A DNA stretch of 63,857 nucleotides, counting the filler, from Phoronis australis (lineage: Eukaryota > Animalia > Phoronida): NCBI GenBank assembly GCA_002633005.1. It is 9 parts of 9 records of this genome, joined end to end, with 100 filler letters (N's around TTAATTAATTAA, not from the genome) between each part and the next. Parts side by side here need not be neighbours in the genome. Positions count along the whole stretch, not along the records: positions 32,449 to 38,016 come from NMRA01000009.1; positions 38,117 to 44,638 come from NMRA01002151.1; positions 44,739 to 48,381 come from NMRA01002923.1; positions 48,482 to 50,859 come from NMRA01003703.1; positions 50,960 to 57,589 come from NMRA01002136.1; 4 more parts are not named here. The stretch is one strand, 5' to 3'. Positions 37,376 to 54,727 of the stretch are shown piece by piece. The first letter of the stretch is position 1. Every line of letters begins with the position of its first letter. The notes under the pieces are model-generated. The model did no database searches. It had not been told where the DNA came from and saw only the letters and a program-made list of their open reading frames with translations. The position numbers and the translations under genes are program-made.

Positions 37376-39248
37376 CTCGACTAGGTTTTCTGTAAACTGC
37401 GTGCAGTTAGTCTTCGTCTTGTCTCCTATCCCTGTAAGAAAAATTAAAAAGCAGTGTGCGTATGGAATAAATAGGCCAACGTCTGTTCTGACAATATGTA
37501 GATTTTCACCCATTACGTCCATTGTCATCCATTACCTACAAGTCCATGTTAAACCATTGTATCTGGTTTGAGCCATTAGTACATTCTAACCCGTTATGGC
37601 TGTTTGACAAATTGGGTCTTTTTTGACCAATTATTTCATGCTTTATTCTAATGTCCATTTTCGAACTACATCCATATAAACTAATGGCTATGAATTCCGA
37701 TTTTATCAACTATGATGAAATGGACGTAATGGGCGTCGGTTGAACCCATTACACGTCCACTTAACCATTATCCTCATATTGACTGTTTTGACCCAATATC
37801 TCCAAATTGACTTCTTAATTTTGCAGTGTGAAGCTTGGTCCAGAACACTAACGACATGTCGGTTGTTTCCAAGCATGAATGTATCAGTAATCTAAGCAAA
37901 GAGCAAGGTGAGACCAGGAGTGACTAACTCAGAGCCACCCTAGGTTAAGGCTCACCGTAACTGAAGAGTTCTTTGTTAGAATTACTTGTAAACGATTGTC
38001 ATAAATAGTAAAGAGTNNNNNNNNNNNNNNNNNNNNNNNNNNNNNNNNNNNNNNNNNNNNTTAATTAATTAANNNNNNNNNNNNNNNNNNNNNNNNNNNN
38101 NNNNNNNNNNNNNNNNCAAGCATTGAAAACATTTAAATGATGCAAACACCTGTAAGGGTGAGATGGAACGGGGAAATTTAATTTTATGTCTTTGATAAGA
38201 GAAAGGAGTTTTAAATAACACCAAACTGTATTGACTTGCTCCAATGGAACTGGCAAATTGGTAACAGTTAGCAGATCATGAGAAAAAAAGACAGGAATTA
38301 AATAAAAAATCATTGTGTTAGCAATGATGTAAAAGTAACCAAACAATGGGAATTCTCAAAGAACCAAAACAAACATATTGAACTACTGAGTTGCTTCAAA
38401 CGTTTCACAATGTTAATACACCATCAAACACAGACATAATGTTAATTATCTCCAACTGATTGGGCCACATTATTTTCTCCACACTGTAAAGATTATTAAG
38501 CTTCATTTCTTTGTTCTAAAGTTTGTTTGCAAACAAGTAGTTCAAAGAATTCCTACACAATCTCCCAAAACATATCATCAGTGCCTTTCCACTCTTATTT
38601 TACATCTAACAGAAACTACTAAAATCTCACCAAAATAATTGGCAAAAATTCCCTTATTTGACCTTTCCTGGCCTTCTAACATCTTTGCGAATGCCCACAA
38701 TAATTCAAAACTTTGTCTGGTGGTAGTGGTACAAAACTTGAGGATGGAAATGCATTTAATTTTGTGCTACACATGTAGCATAGAAAGAAATGATGAATTA
38801 AAATACCACTAGTTGGTCATATTGTGCCCTCTATTGGACATTTTACCAAATACACATCTAGCCATGCTGTACAAAGTATTATGGCATACAATATACAACA
38901 CCAATTCAACTACCAGTCACTAGTATTTACATCATTTTTACACCACTATGCATTACTTGCTGAAAAGTAACAATCAATGCAGTGTTATTTTGCCATTACA
39001 CAGTTAAGAATATCCAGTGACGCCTCGTGTAACGGCCACTGCAAGTCCTTTTCTATAAATAATAAATTTATCAACAAGTCCCATTTAAAGTCATAATTGA
39101 AGTTACAAATACTGTCAACAATGTCGCCTTTTGTCTGCCACTTGAAACAAGGTAAAATTTCAAATCACCGTATGTACACTACTCCATACTCCGTATCCAA
39201 CAAACCACAGTTAGACTTTCTTGTCTCGTCTCTTTAGTAATCAAGGCG

Positions 39249-43417
<4,169 letters not shown>

Positions 43418-43499
43418 ATGGGAACTGCACTTTCAAGAACAGATTATGAATGGTCTTACACTCAGGAGCCTCATGCAACGAGAAGAAAAGAAATTATGA
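43418..43499 (+). CDS. DEGS: Sphingolipid delta(4)-desaturase (DEGS1/2 family), first coding exon
   Basis: MGTALSRTDYEWSYTQEPHATRRKEIM followed by A|GTAAG (phase 1) matches the Lipid_DES N-terminal motif MG..V.R.DFEW.YT..PH..RR.EI. The remaining exons are not on this contig. Confidence 0.88.
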
Positions 43500-44424
43500 G
43501 TAAGATTTGGCCTCGGTTGATGCAGTGTTTCCTTTGGAATAACATTGAAATAGGGTAATTAGGCCTGGGCCCTAGCTCAGAATGCAGTAGGCCTATCGTC
43601 AACGAGTAAGTGACTCGAACATCACTCCTTATCTTGAAGGTCGTCCCGGAGAGGACGTGACCTTTACCTGTACCACTGTTTCTGTGTGAAAGACAAATCA
43701 GCAGTTGAATGAACTAAATTTTTGTTCTCAAAAATGTTTCAAGGCCGGGTGGGACAAAAATGTGAGCCACGGCACGCAGACAGGGTAATACCGACAGCCA
43801 GCTTTACAACAGTGTTAAGACTGAACTGGACAAGCTACTCTTTTGAGAGGCATTTTTAAATGTTGAAAATAAACTAAACTACTAAAAATTTTTATTTGGA
43901 TTAATGACTTTCATAAAAGGTATACCAGGGGCCGATCCAGGATTTTGAGTTAGGCCGTTAGGGGGGGACCAGGGCATGGGAATAACCAGAATTTGGGGAA
44001 AAAGCGCACCCAGCCTAAAATGTGGGGACGCTGAGGCCTCGAATGTTTGGGGTTGCGGACCTGTTGAATAAAAAAAATGGTAANGTGGTACTTGGAAGTG
44101 TTTTGTCGTGCTTTTGGACACTTAATCATGCCGAGAGAAAATGTAAGTTTGATTTGGCATCAGTAGAGTAAAATTTTGCCATCACGACTATCTTTTTTCC
44201 ATATCCCGTGTGGTATAAGAAATTCCTGTGGACAAAAGTAGCACTGATATGATGCCCATGCAGACTGATCTACAATCTTTACTGTGTTAGTGTTGTATTG
44301 GACAAAAAATGTCCAAATATAACAGACTGGCATTAGCTATAATGCTTACTGTTGTACAGTCAAGTGACCTAATTATCGGACGTTTTGGCACATTTTGCAT
44401 TATAATTTAATTGAAAATGAGATT

Positions 44425-44490
44425 ACCCGACCCAGTGATCGAACCAGCAACCCCCATAAAACCGACAAGCGTGCGAACCATTCAGCTAAT
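44425..44490 (-). repeat. tRNA-derived (SINE-head-like) sequence
   Basis: The minus strand reads tagctgaatggtt...ggttcgatcac (A and B boxes), with no full cloverleaf. Confidence 0.4.
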
Positions 44491-45639
44491 AGATATATCA
44501 TCATGGCACGATATAGGGTAAAGTGAAAACGTGCATTTTAAAATGTATACAGGGGGGTCGATGGCGAGATACAGTCCTAGTAGTGTCCCGGCGGTCCACG
44601 GTGTCAAGTCCGGCAGCTTGCGGGGTCTGCGGTGCCGANNNNNNNNNNNNNNNNNNNNNNNNNNNNNNNNNNNNNNNNNNNNTTAATTAATTAANNNNNN
44701 NNNNNNNNNNNNNNNNNNNNNNNNNNNNNNNNNNNNNNTTTATTCTCTCTTGTATTTTTGACCCATTCACTCCCAGTGGAAACCAAGCCGAACTAAGAAA
44801 AATGAGGGCAAAAAGTGCAAAATCGGCACTTTTCACCCCAAAATCACCACTTTCCTGCCGATGCTCGACTAAAGCCAACATTAGATTCCGAAAGCAAATT
44901 TCTTACCGATTCCAAAAATGTGGTCCAAAAGTACTGTCAACCAACTAGTTTTTTTGCAAATCTGGCTTGTTTGAGGGCTACCTGAAATCGCGGCCAATTT
45001 CTCAGTTGCTACACAGCAATGCACAACCGTGCAACAGGGGGCCACCATCTTGAAGAAGAGTGCAGCTACAGCCGAGAAACTGGCCTTTTTTCATTCCCAG
45101 CATGTTCACAAATACAACTGAAAAAAAACATTCGCTTGGCCTACACACAATACCTAATTGAAAAATGCCCCCAAGCCTGGCCTAGCCCCAGATTTTAACA
45201 TTTTGGCAGTGTAAATTGACCGCGGCCACAACCTAACTATTCAGTGCCACCTAACAGAGTTAGTCAGTTTACGAGTTCTCATGACCTCCACTGGGGGCGC
45301 CAGCACGTGACTCGGACGCCAGGTGGACAACTAACTGAGGGTCTTAGCCAACAAAGTCACCATTCTCCCACTGGTTCAGGGCCTACTAAGTCGTGTGTTC
45401 GAAGTTATATATAGCAGTTACGACAAAATTTCACTGAAACGCATTCAGACCAGCATGATTGGCAGCCCACACTTTGCTGAATAGCAACAGTTAATCTGTT
45501 ACCCAGACTAAAGCTTAATTCGCCGGATGCCGGTGTGCGGGAGTAAGCGAATCGGAGGAACGCTCACCAGGCGGCCGGATTGTGGCCGGGTAAAATATGA
45601 TTGAATCGGGGATGCACATTTAGTTTTACCGGCATAGGA

Positions 45640-46045
45640 TCGCTACTAAACAAACCCAGTCCGTGCAAATACACTGAGGCCCTATATGCGGTTTTACGAT
45701 GAAGCCTATAAGTTCAGCCACTGAAAAGCATTGTCGATTGACGCCATGGCCCCAACACAAAGGTCTCTCGTTGTGGCTCATTTCCGTACAAGCACTGAGG
45801 CGCTCGAAGGTGTGCAAACCTCATCCACGTCGTAAAATCATAAAAGTAGAGAGACTGATATGGTCGTGCGAGTGCCCAGCATCAGTGCCTCGCCAGGCTC
45901 TAGCGGACTCCGAGATTTCATGTCGGAGAGTGGCTGCAAGGATTTGAATTCTTGTACGCCGAGCCATCAGATCATGGATTAAGACCACAGTATCTCTGAC
46001 CTGGTGTAACCGAAGCCTTTGTTTGCCACAGCTGTCGCTGACACC
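45640..46045 (-). pseudogene. Highly decayed pogo/Tigger-like transposase remnant
   Basis: Scattered KGFGYTRSEI, LG....QPLS and FYDVDE motifs amid stops and frameshifts. Confidence 0.3.
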
Positions 46046-47463
46046 TGAAAAAGTCATAAAGTGACAGGAAGTGCACTCTGCGGGGTTTCTCAAAAGTGAA
46101 GAAATTCAACAAAGTCATTTCTTTTTACTAGTTTTGCTACATCCACCCTGAAAAAAATCGAGATACCAGCAATTAAAAAAGTGTGATTTTGGCCATTTAT
46201 ACCTAAAAGCGCAAATTCACGACTGCGCCGTTGCAAAAAAGGAGACCATCAATCGAATGACTTTAAATTCCAAAAATATACATGATTGCTAACCAGATTT
46301 AAAAAAAATCAACTTGTCTGAAGGGTACCTAGATTCGCGCCAAAAAATTCAAGGCTCAAGAATAACTAACGTGCTCTCAAAATGGCGGCATTTCATCCGT
46401 ATCCTAGTAGACACGAGTGCAAGCCAAATTTCTGGACTCAGTTCATTCAAAAAAATCTCAAGGAACTACTGAATACCATTTGGACAACCACTTCTCATTT
46501 AGTCCTCAAAACTGCCGTCAAATCCGATGCACCCCATTTTCTTCACTTTTGGGTGCTACACAGGCCGGGCCTCAATTGTGGTGTTCGCCCAATCGTGTAG
46601 AGCTCTTATTGAGTTCTAACCGAGGATTCTAGTACAAGTTCAAGTCAAATTTCATTTCATTGGGAACAGCAGCCTAATAGGGTAGATTTGGATGGGTGGA
46701 GAGGCAGTGATTGGTGGAGTAGCTCTATTTTAGGTTCAATCAATCAATCTCTTTATTTATACATGTAGTCAGTTTGACAAAACAGACAAACACTATAGCC
46801 GAAGGCTAATATCATCGACTGTAATGATTAATGTGTTGAGATCGCTTATACATGTACCAACTTGTCACTGAGGAGTTGACTGTGACATTGTGCGTGGGTC
46901 GGGAGTGGACAAGTGAAACCTGTTGCTAATTAACTAGACTAACAATGAAGAAGAGTAGGGCCCTCCGTAAGGATTACTTCAACCAATTAACTATAAATAA
47001 ACGTCTTATCTGCTATCCAAGCTGTACGTACGTATTGAGACAGTGTACTTGCTGGTCACAGTCCCTCGTGAAGCTTCCAGGCAGTAACTTTGTATCACGA
47101 TTGCTCTTGCTGGTCGACAGTACAGTCTTTTGTGACACAACCCTTGCTGGCAGTACGCTACGAGTGACAAGCTCTTAGTTAACTTCCTGTTCGTTAACAC
47201 TTGCCCTTGCCATGATCCTCTTTAGAATCTTCCACGAGAGGGCTCTGTTATACAATATTTTCTGTACACTATCAGGTTTTCTTAAAGGAGAATGCCACCT
47301 GATTTTATTAGTCTTTTCCCGTCTTAATCGGTCTATATCCACATCGCCTCTTATACTATCGACCTCACCTTGCCGAGAGGTGTCGCGTTAACCTGAGTGT
47401 GAGGAAGGTGAGAAACGACGCAGCGACGTCAGTGGTTCAGTCTGCAGAGTTAGTGCCGCTATA

Positions 47464-47655
47464 TTGCGGTGCATCTTTCCCGCTTGTTCGAACTATGAAG
47501 CTGCGAAGAAAGCGGGTATATCCTTTTTTCGACTTCCTCGAGAGCCCGAAAGGCTTAGGAAGTGGCTCGCGGTAGTGAAGAATGAAAGGTACGCCGTAAT
47601 GAGGCCGTGAAACATCTCCGTGTCTGTGGCCGGCATTTCGTCGACAGGGATTTCT
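47464..47655 (+). pseudogene. THAP-domain remnant (Kolobok/P/Harbinger-type DNA transposon)
   Basis: RCIFPACSN...ISFFRLP..PERLRKWLAVV / LRVCGRHFVDRDF with one frameshift. The ttaaagg at 47282 resembles a Kolobok end. Confidence 0.65.
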
Positions 47656-48203
47656 CTGACGAATTCCGGCTTACCAAAGAGCTATCCATACGATCCGCTG
47701 CCTGTGCATGTTCACGGCGCCTCTCTAGTATTTCTTGATTAGTGTATTCGGGTTCGAACTGATTGCCAGTGAAATCTAGCGATCCGACCCGTGAAGTCTT
47801 CGTCGGATGAGCTCTTGACTAAGTCGGGCTTGGCGCCGGGCGAGTTGCCATGTACTCAGCGTTTTGTTTCAAAATGTATTCTCATCCTAACCAATGCTTA
47901 TATAAAACTTAATCTGTCTCATTAGATTCAATTTGTAATCACTTTGCAGTATTCGTGAGTGCAAATGTTGAGAAGCCAGCATGAATCAGTGGCGGATCTA
48001 GGATATCACAAGGGGTGGCCCAACATTTTGTCCGGCTGTAAGCATTTGCGGAAACCACGATTGTAGATGCGTATAGCCAAGGAAAATTTTCTGTTTTTTC
48101 CTCTAAAAATTAAGCATTTTCCTTGATTCTTGAAGTATTACCCAAGAAAAAAACGCCCCCCAAAAAAAAAACACGGAGAACGTGTCAAACAGGAAAACTG
48201 TAA

Positions 48204-48270
48204 GTTCCACAGATTCGAACTCAGGACCAGACGGACAGAGCGCGCGTACTTTACCACTACACCACCACGA
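48204..48270 (-). repeat. tRNA-derived pseudogene/SINE head
   Basis: The minus strand reads gtggtgtagtggtaaag...gagttcgaatc (A and B boxes), and the acceptor stem is not intact. Confidence 0.5.
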
Positions 48271-48682
48271 TTTAACTACTAATTGCATACTAAGAGACCT
48301 ACTTGTTACTGCAGACGCAATCGTTCATATTGCCTGTGTATATAAAGTATTGTTTCCTGTTGTACTCATTTTCAAGTACCCNNNNNNNNNNNNNNNNNNN
48401 NNNNNNNNNNNNNNNNNNNNNNNNNTTAATTAATTAANNNNNNNNNNNNNNNNNNNNNNNNNNNNNNNNNNNNNNNNNNNNTGGATGAATGTAATGTTTT
48501 TAAATTCCAAGGTGCTTTGGTTAAGAATCCATCTTTAACAGCTAAAGATAGTAAAGCACAGCTTTAAGAGGCCTGAAAACCATTCTGTCTGAAAGAAACC
48601 AACTTGGTTTAGACCACCTCCCATTATGAAGTGGGTCTGCTATAGGTCCTCAATCAGCTTAAAAATGATTTTTGGGGTTGAG

Positions 48683-48880
48683 AACTGACAAGCCTTTATT
48701 ACCTTGCACCAAGCCAATATTAACTGACAACCCTTTATTACCTTGCTCCTGTCCAATGTTAACTGACAAGCCTTTATTACATTGCACCAGGCCAATGTTA
48801 ACTGACAACCTTTTATTGCCTTGCTCCAGTCCAATGTTAACTGACAAGCCCTTATCATCTTGCACCAGGCCAACGTTAAG
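48683..48880. repeat. 39-bp tandem repeat x5 (aactgacaagcctttattaccttgcaccaggccaatgtt)
   Basis: Read directly from the sequence; it explains the repetitive ORFs called here. Confidence 0.9.
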
Positions 48881-49111
48881 TTTCTTGCCAAGTTGGGTTA
48901 GTTTCAGTTGCAAAGAGAGCATGGCCATTGGGAATTCCAGGCTTTCTATTGCAACCAAATTCAATTCAAAAAAGGATAAGAATGCGTCAATGTTGCTTTG
49001 AAAGTTCAGTCACCCCTTTAAAGAACGTAGCTGATGTTTCTAACACCAGAACATGATTGGCAACTGCTTTAATAAGTCTGTGTTGTTTCCTTGACCAAAC
49101 ACCAACATTAG

Positions 49112-49268
49112 GAGATCTAGAAGTAGAAGCCCAAGAGATAAAGACAAAGATGTTCGCAAAACTCGAGACGCGGAAACGAAAAACAAGAGATCTAAGTCAA
49201 AGAGTAAAAGTCCAGAAATCAAGATTGGTGAAGGTGCGATAAAAGTGAAAGAGGGTGTGCTTGACAAG
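49112..49268 (+). CDS. Isolated exon of an RS/lysine-rich protein (splicing-factor-like; gene not identified)
   Basis: ttag|G AGA TCT AGA AGT... encodes RSRSRSPRDKDKDVRKTRDAETKNKRSKSKSKSPEIKIGEGAIKVKEGVLDK, ending at |GTATGT. Confidence 0.55.
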
Positions 49269-49769
49269 GTATGTACTGTATAACTGTAGCATGACTAAGA
49301 TTGGTGAAGGTGTTATTAAGGTGAGAGTCTTGCATCACTAGGTATGTGCTATGAAATAGTCGTTTTCCAATATACATGATGAAAAATGATGCTTTATTTC
49401 AAAGTGGCAATAGAGAACTTTGTGGACAGCAATCGGATTTCTCCTGTGATTTGCGTGAAGGGAGGGGAATTTTGCTGCATTCTTTAATTATTTGCAGTCA
49501 CCAAGCGGTCATATTACACCTGTTGTACTGTGGCGTATTCACACCAGTCCAATGTTGCCACATGTCCATAACGAGAGATTTTGAGCTTTGACATTTTTTT
49601 GCATTTACAAAAGCTGGCACGTGTACAAATATACACAACACAACAACATACAGAACTGTACCGAAAAAAGGAAAAGCAAATAAACATTTGATTTTTACTT
49701 CCAAGTTATATGCATTCAATTAATTTCTGTTCTGGCATTTTGTCAATTATCTGGTTCCCTTCATATTTC

Positions 49770-50400
49770 AAAAACACATTTCAAATCCTTCCATTTGTTT
49801 GTATCATTAAAGTTCTGAGTGTTTGAAGGAGCACTGACTGCTACATTAAAACACACTCTCAAAAAAAATTTTTAAGACATTAAATTTGGTTTAACGTTAG
49901 CAAATTTCATTTTAAAACTGAAAATTTTAGTTAGTATGTGGAACCAGTTCAGCATTCTCTTCTGTTCACTTTGAAGACCAAATATAATGGTGGTTTTGTC
50001 TATTTCAAAATTTACTTGCATTGCAGTCATTAACCAGAGACATACGTCATGCCAGAAAGAATTATCAAATTCGCATTCAAAGAATAAATGTTCTAAAGTC
50101 TTGGGGAAAGTATTTACAAAAAGTACAAGCATTTGAAACAGAGTCCACATATCTAATCTTATTTAACAATAATTAGTAGGTAAAATTCTATGCAGCAAGT
50201 GGAACTGAAAGAAAAGTAATTTTGTGTCAGTCGTACATTTATGTAGAAGTTCCACATCTTCTCTGACAGTGAAAATCCCAATACTTCGAATTTATTTTGT
50301 GCCGATGGTGTTATGTCATTTTGGCACAGAATATTGTAAGAATTATGACATCCCTTTTGCATCAAAATTGTATTGGAGAAAAAGTTAAAAGTGGTGCAAG
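49770..50400 (-). mobile_element. L1/Tx1-type LINE 3' remnant (zinc-binding C-terminus)
   Basis: TLEHLFFEC..FW...W.....IIFG.....LN, with frameshifts. Confidence 0.65.
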
Positions 50401-53400
50401 TTTAACAGAAACAATATTTAATGAAGCTTCAACATTAAACGAACATTTTACACACAATCACTAATAAGTTTCATAACTGGGTCGACCACTCTCGTGTGGT
50501 TCCCAAACTAATATCACTGAGTCAGAGTCCAACTTATCATTTCACTCAGTTCGTGCACAGTCACTTGTGGTCAGTGTCTTCTTTTCAGCATCCGACTTTG
50601 AACACCATCATCTTGCGGTTCCCACTTTGTCCGCTGTATGTCACAAGTCTTCACTGTCGACACAAACGTTCCACTTTCTCTGAACAGCTTCTCAACACGT
50701 CAACACCGTATTGCGGCTGACTCGACTGCCGCACCCAGGTCAAACATTCGATTGCACCTGGCCAACACAACAGTTCATATACATATAAATGTCCCGGCAA
50801 CAATCGCTGAACACTGACGCCGGCGACGTAACAGGCTATGTTCACAATTGTCTGTTCTTNNNNNNNNNNNNNNNNNNNNNNNNNNNNNNNNNNNNNNNNN
50901 NNNTTAATTAATTAANNNNNNNNNNNNNNNNNNNNNNNNNNNNNNNNNNNNNNNNNNNNAGCCAGTATCCACAAGTGAAAGTGTCGAATTAAAACCGATT
51001 TTGCTTGTAATGAAATGACGTTATTGTAATTCTATTAAAAAAAGTTAAGTTAACAAAACGTTCTTATGTTCGTGCCCCAGTGTTTTTCTTAATGTCTGAG
51101 AGCATGCTTTAGTAACTATGAGCATTTTTTCGTGTGCAGATGTTATACTTTATCCATTTACACTTTTTTAGATGTGCATTTAGCTAATATATTTGGTTCT
51201 CAATAAGCGTTCAAGATTTCGCTAAGCAGCGAATTTTTGGCAAATCCGAAGTCTCCTAATTTTTAATTGTTCACGTATTTCTCAATGTAAAACCAGTCCA
51301 AGAATGCACCCCACGCTCCACCCGGCTTTCGTTAGACCACACCATCGGGCGCACTGCTCTTCAACAAACTGCAGTGTAAACTACCTGCTTAGTTTTTGCT
51401 GTGTTGCGGTCTACCTCAAGTACAAACTCTAGCGGAATTACTAAATTTATTCGAGGCCAGGGAGTGCACCTGAAAAAAACTAAGCCATCCACCCTTTTAG
51501 CGTTCGGAGACCTACACCAAGGATATATTTGCAAAAGGTTTCTTCTAAAACGTCATGCTTTTTATACTTTTTCCAGTGGCAACACCGTTGTCCCCTAGAA
51601 CACCTTTAGTGACCCTTTTGTTGGAAATTAAATCGGAAAACACAAGAAAGGAAATTTTCAAACGCAAATGAAAAAATCACGTTCCCCTCCGTAAGAAGCG
51701 AGAAAAAATTCCCCTTCTCAGCGACATGTCCCGCATGCCCATTTTATGGTAGTAACCAAGGACACATTGCCTTCTACGAGAGTACTCCCTCCGATAAAAC
51801 ACGAAATGGCATTGCTACCTTTTCTGGTCCCGTCTATCAGTAAAAAAGTCTCTTGAAAACTACGTCTTTTGGAAAGAATGTGTTGCGAAATACAATTTTG
51901 GTCGGCGAAAACAGGTACTTTCTGTTCAGTCATAAATTTAATAAACTGCGGAGAGTGCCAACTATAACAAAAGTAAACGGATACTCATTATGTGATTTAT
52001 TAAAGAGGCATTTTCATATGTGCCATCAACCAAATCCACAGGATCTTGAGTTAAGGGGGGCCTGGGCAGAGGATCAGCCAGGATTTTGCACGTCAGACAT
52101 TCGCACCCCCCAACTGCCCAATATGAGATCAGCCACTGCAATACGCAAATTATTAACGAAACGTGTATCAAACCTTTCCATATGAAGGTAGAAAACTTGT
52201 TTCCATCCCCAAACGAGTCACCCATCGTATGTACAAATAAAGAGTGACAAAAAGCCATCAGCATTGACAGAGCTGATCAACCCTCTCAATGGATGGTCTA
52301 ACCATAGATACTCGCCAAGTCTATCTATAGTCTATGGTCCAACAAGGAGAATTTTGAGGCTGGGGACCGAGGTCTAATCTTCGTACTCAAAATCGAAAAT
52401 ATTTTTGCCAAGTCATTTCCTGTTCTATTTTTGTGGGAATTCAAGATAAGTGCCTGTTATTCTGTGCTGGAGTACTAAATGGTTAATGCATTTAAGATTC
52501 TACTACAAATTTGCCCTTGATGACCCCGATATTGAGTAAAAACTCGAAATTTCGAATTCAGACTTAACTTTTGGCCTTAATGCTGGGGTCATCAAGTGCA
52601 AACTAGGGATAGAAAGTTATCCAGTCTAGTAACTTCCACGAATATTTAAGTGTACACTTGTGCCATTTACTACAATTCACACGCATTTGGTGTCGCCTTT
52701 TCACACGAAATACCACACAATAACACACACTCTGACTTCAATTTTTTATTTCAAACAAAGAAAAATAAGAGGTACAATTCGGAGCACTCCGCTTTGTTCA
52801 TTCCATACTCCTAGAACACTCTATCTTAACATTACAAACGCCAGGTATCCCTCAAACAACCTTCAGAGTTTTGGTCAGTAGATAAATAACAGAGTTGGTG
52901 TACAAATTTCGTGGTTCCTTTGACTTCTTATACAAAAACAGGCACATGTTAAACACATAAAGCAAAGTCAAAGAATGGACAATCGCAGCACAAATGAAAA
53001 AGTTCATAACTGACTCCACAAATCAATACAAACTTTTTCATTTGTGCGGCGATTGTCCTTTTTTGATCCTATTATGGCCAAAAACTGATGTAATATAAAG
53101 CAAACTGTATTGGCCACATTATTGGCCAGTTTTCTTGGACAGCCTTCTCGTAAAAATCTGATTATTGCATGGTGTACGATTAGCTTTCAACTTCCAAAGT
53201 TTACTGGTTGGAGAGTTTTGTGACAAACGTAAGTAACGAGACAAAAAACCCTGACATTGCCGTCACGCTGGTGGGCTGGGTGTAAGACAAATGAATCCTG
53301 GTACTAACCATCCATCATGGCGGTGAATGACGAACAATTAACGGGAAACTTAACACGACAGAAACCCTATTCTATAACGACAGGTCATTCTCGGTCATCA

Positions 53401-54727
53401 GTGTATGTAACGGGGAAATGGCATTTTGGTTTAATTGCCTATGACGTGTACCTTTCTTCACACACTGAAATCAAATTCTGAACATCCGTGGCTTTCACCC
53501 AACATTGCCCTCACAGATCTAAACAACACGATCAATCCCATAATACATGGATCACGCGAGGTACCCAGATCCCAACAAACTGACAAAACGCAACGGCGGG
53601 TAATCGAGACTACCTTCTAAACCTGTCAAAAAGAAATCTGTAGAAAAATATCAATTACATTGCACCCGATAATCACCATGATAGAAAAATAATAGCTCTG
53701 TTTCCTTTCATCTATCAAAACCTAAATTTGTATCTTACACTACTACATTTTATACAGTACATTAGCCCTCAACACAAGAGACTGGACTAAAGTTCTCTAA
53801 AACTACAGCCTTCCAATCTGCCTCACATTCACAGCAGACAATACTTCGATTAAGGAACGATTCTCGCACAAATCACCAAAGTATTAAAACCTCAGAAATG
53901 AATCCATATTGCTGACCACATCAGCGTCCAGAATCCAATATCTGAAGTCCAACTCTAGCTCGAACTTAGTATGGACATTTTCTGCTCTAACTTCAAACAG
54001 GAATTCAAGTTTGACGATTCGATTATGGGCCCTGGCACACATCTTACGCAACCTAGCTAAAACAAGTCTTCATAGGAGCAAACTCTAACAAAATGCACAT
54101 GACCCCTGATTCCCAGAAAGTTGAGGCTCTTCCTTGTTCAACATCTCCAACCAATATCTTTCCGCGTTGACCTCCTGTTACATAATTAAACCAGCGTGGA
54201 GTCGCCGCTATGACTCAACAGAACTGACAGGAACACCAATCTCCCAGCATGACAACGCATGAAGGTACACACCATATCACGATATACTGCCTCCAACAAG
54301 CGTGAACATCAACACTGTATCCTGATATGCTCCAAACCTTGATGTCCACAATGAAACAGTAGTTTATGCGGCGAATAACAAAAATTGAAATGACATGGAA
54401 TTCCATGTCGCAATCCAAATTCAGCACCATAACCTGCACTGAAGGAGAATTCATCGGAAATTTAAAATGGCAGAAATGCCAGTTTGTAATCAGACATTCG
54501 CCACAATGACGGGTCATTGACAGCCATTTCGGCAGTGAATGGTATTAGCCACCTTGATGGGAAATAGCACTTGTCCTGACCCCTTTTGGCATGTACTACA
54601 AATGTTCATTGTCACACTTCTCTCCTGGGCCCTACACATCCGCTATCCTCAGTCTGTCGCTATTCTCACGTCCAGGCAATTAGTGGCTACTTCGCACTAA
54701 AATCTTTGAGAAAGCACGCTGCAAACA

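Noticed and set aside
43833-43852. Second histone-like hairpin (ctcttttgag)
   Set aside because: The stem is only 3 bp, lacks the GG/CC base and lies in an intron.
48640-49001. Three overlapping repeat-protein ORFs
   Set aside because: They are a by-product of a 39-bp tandem repeat whose length is a multiple of 3.
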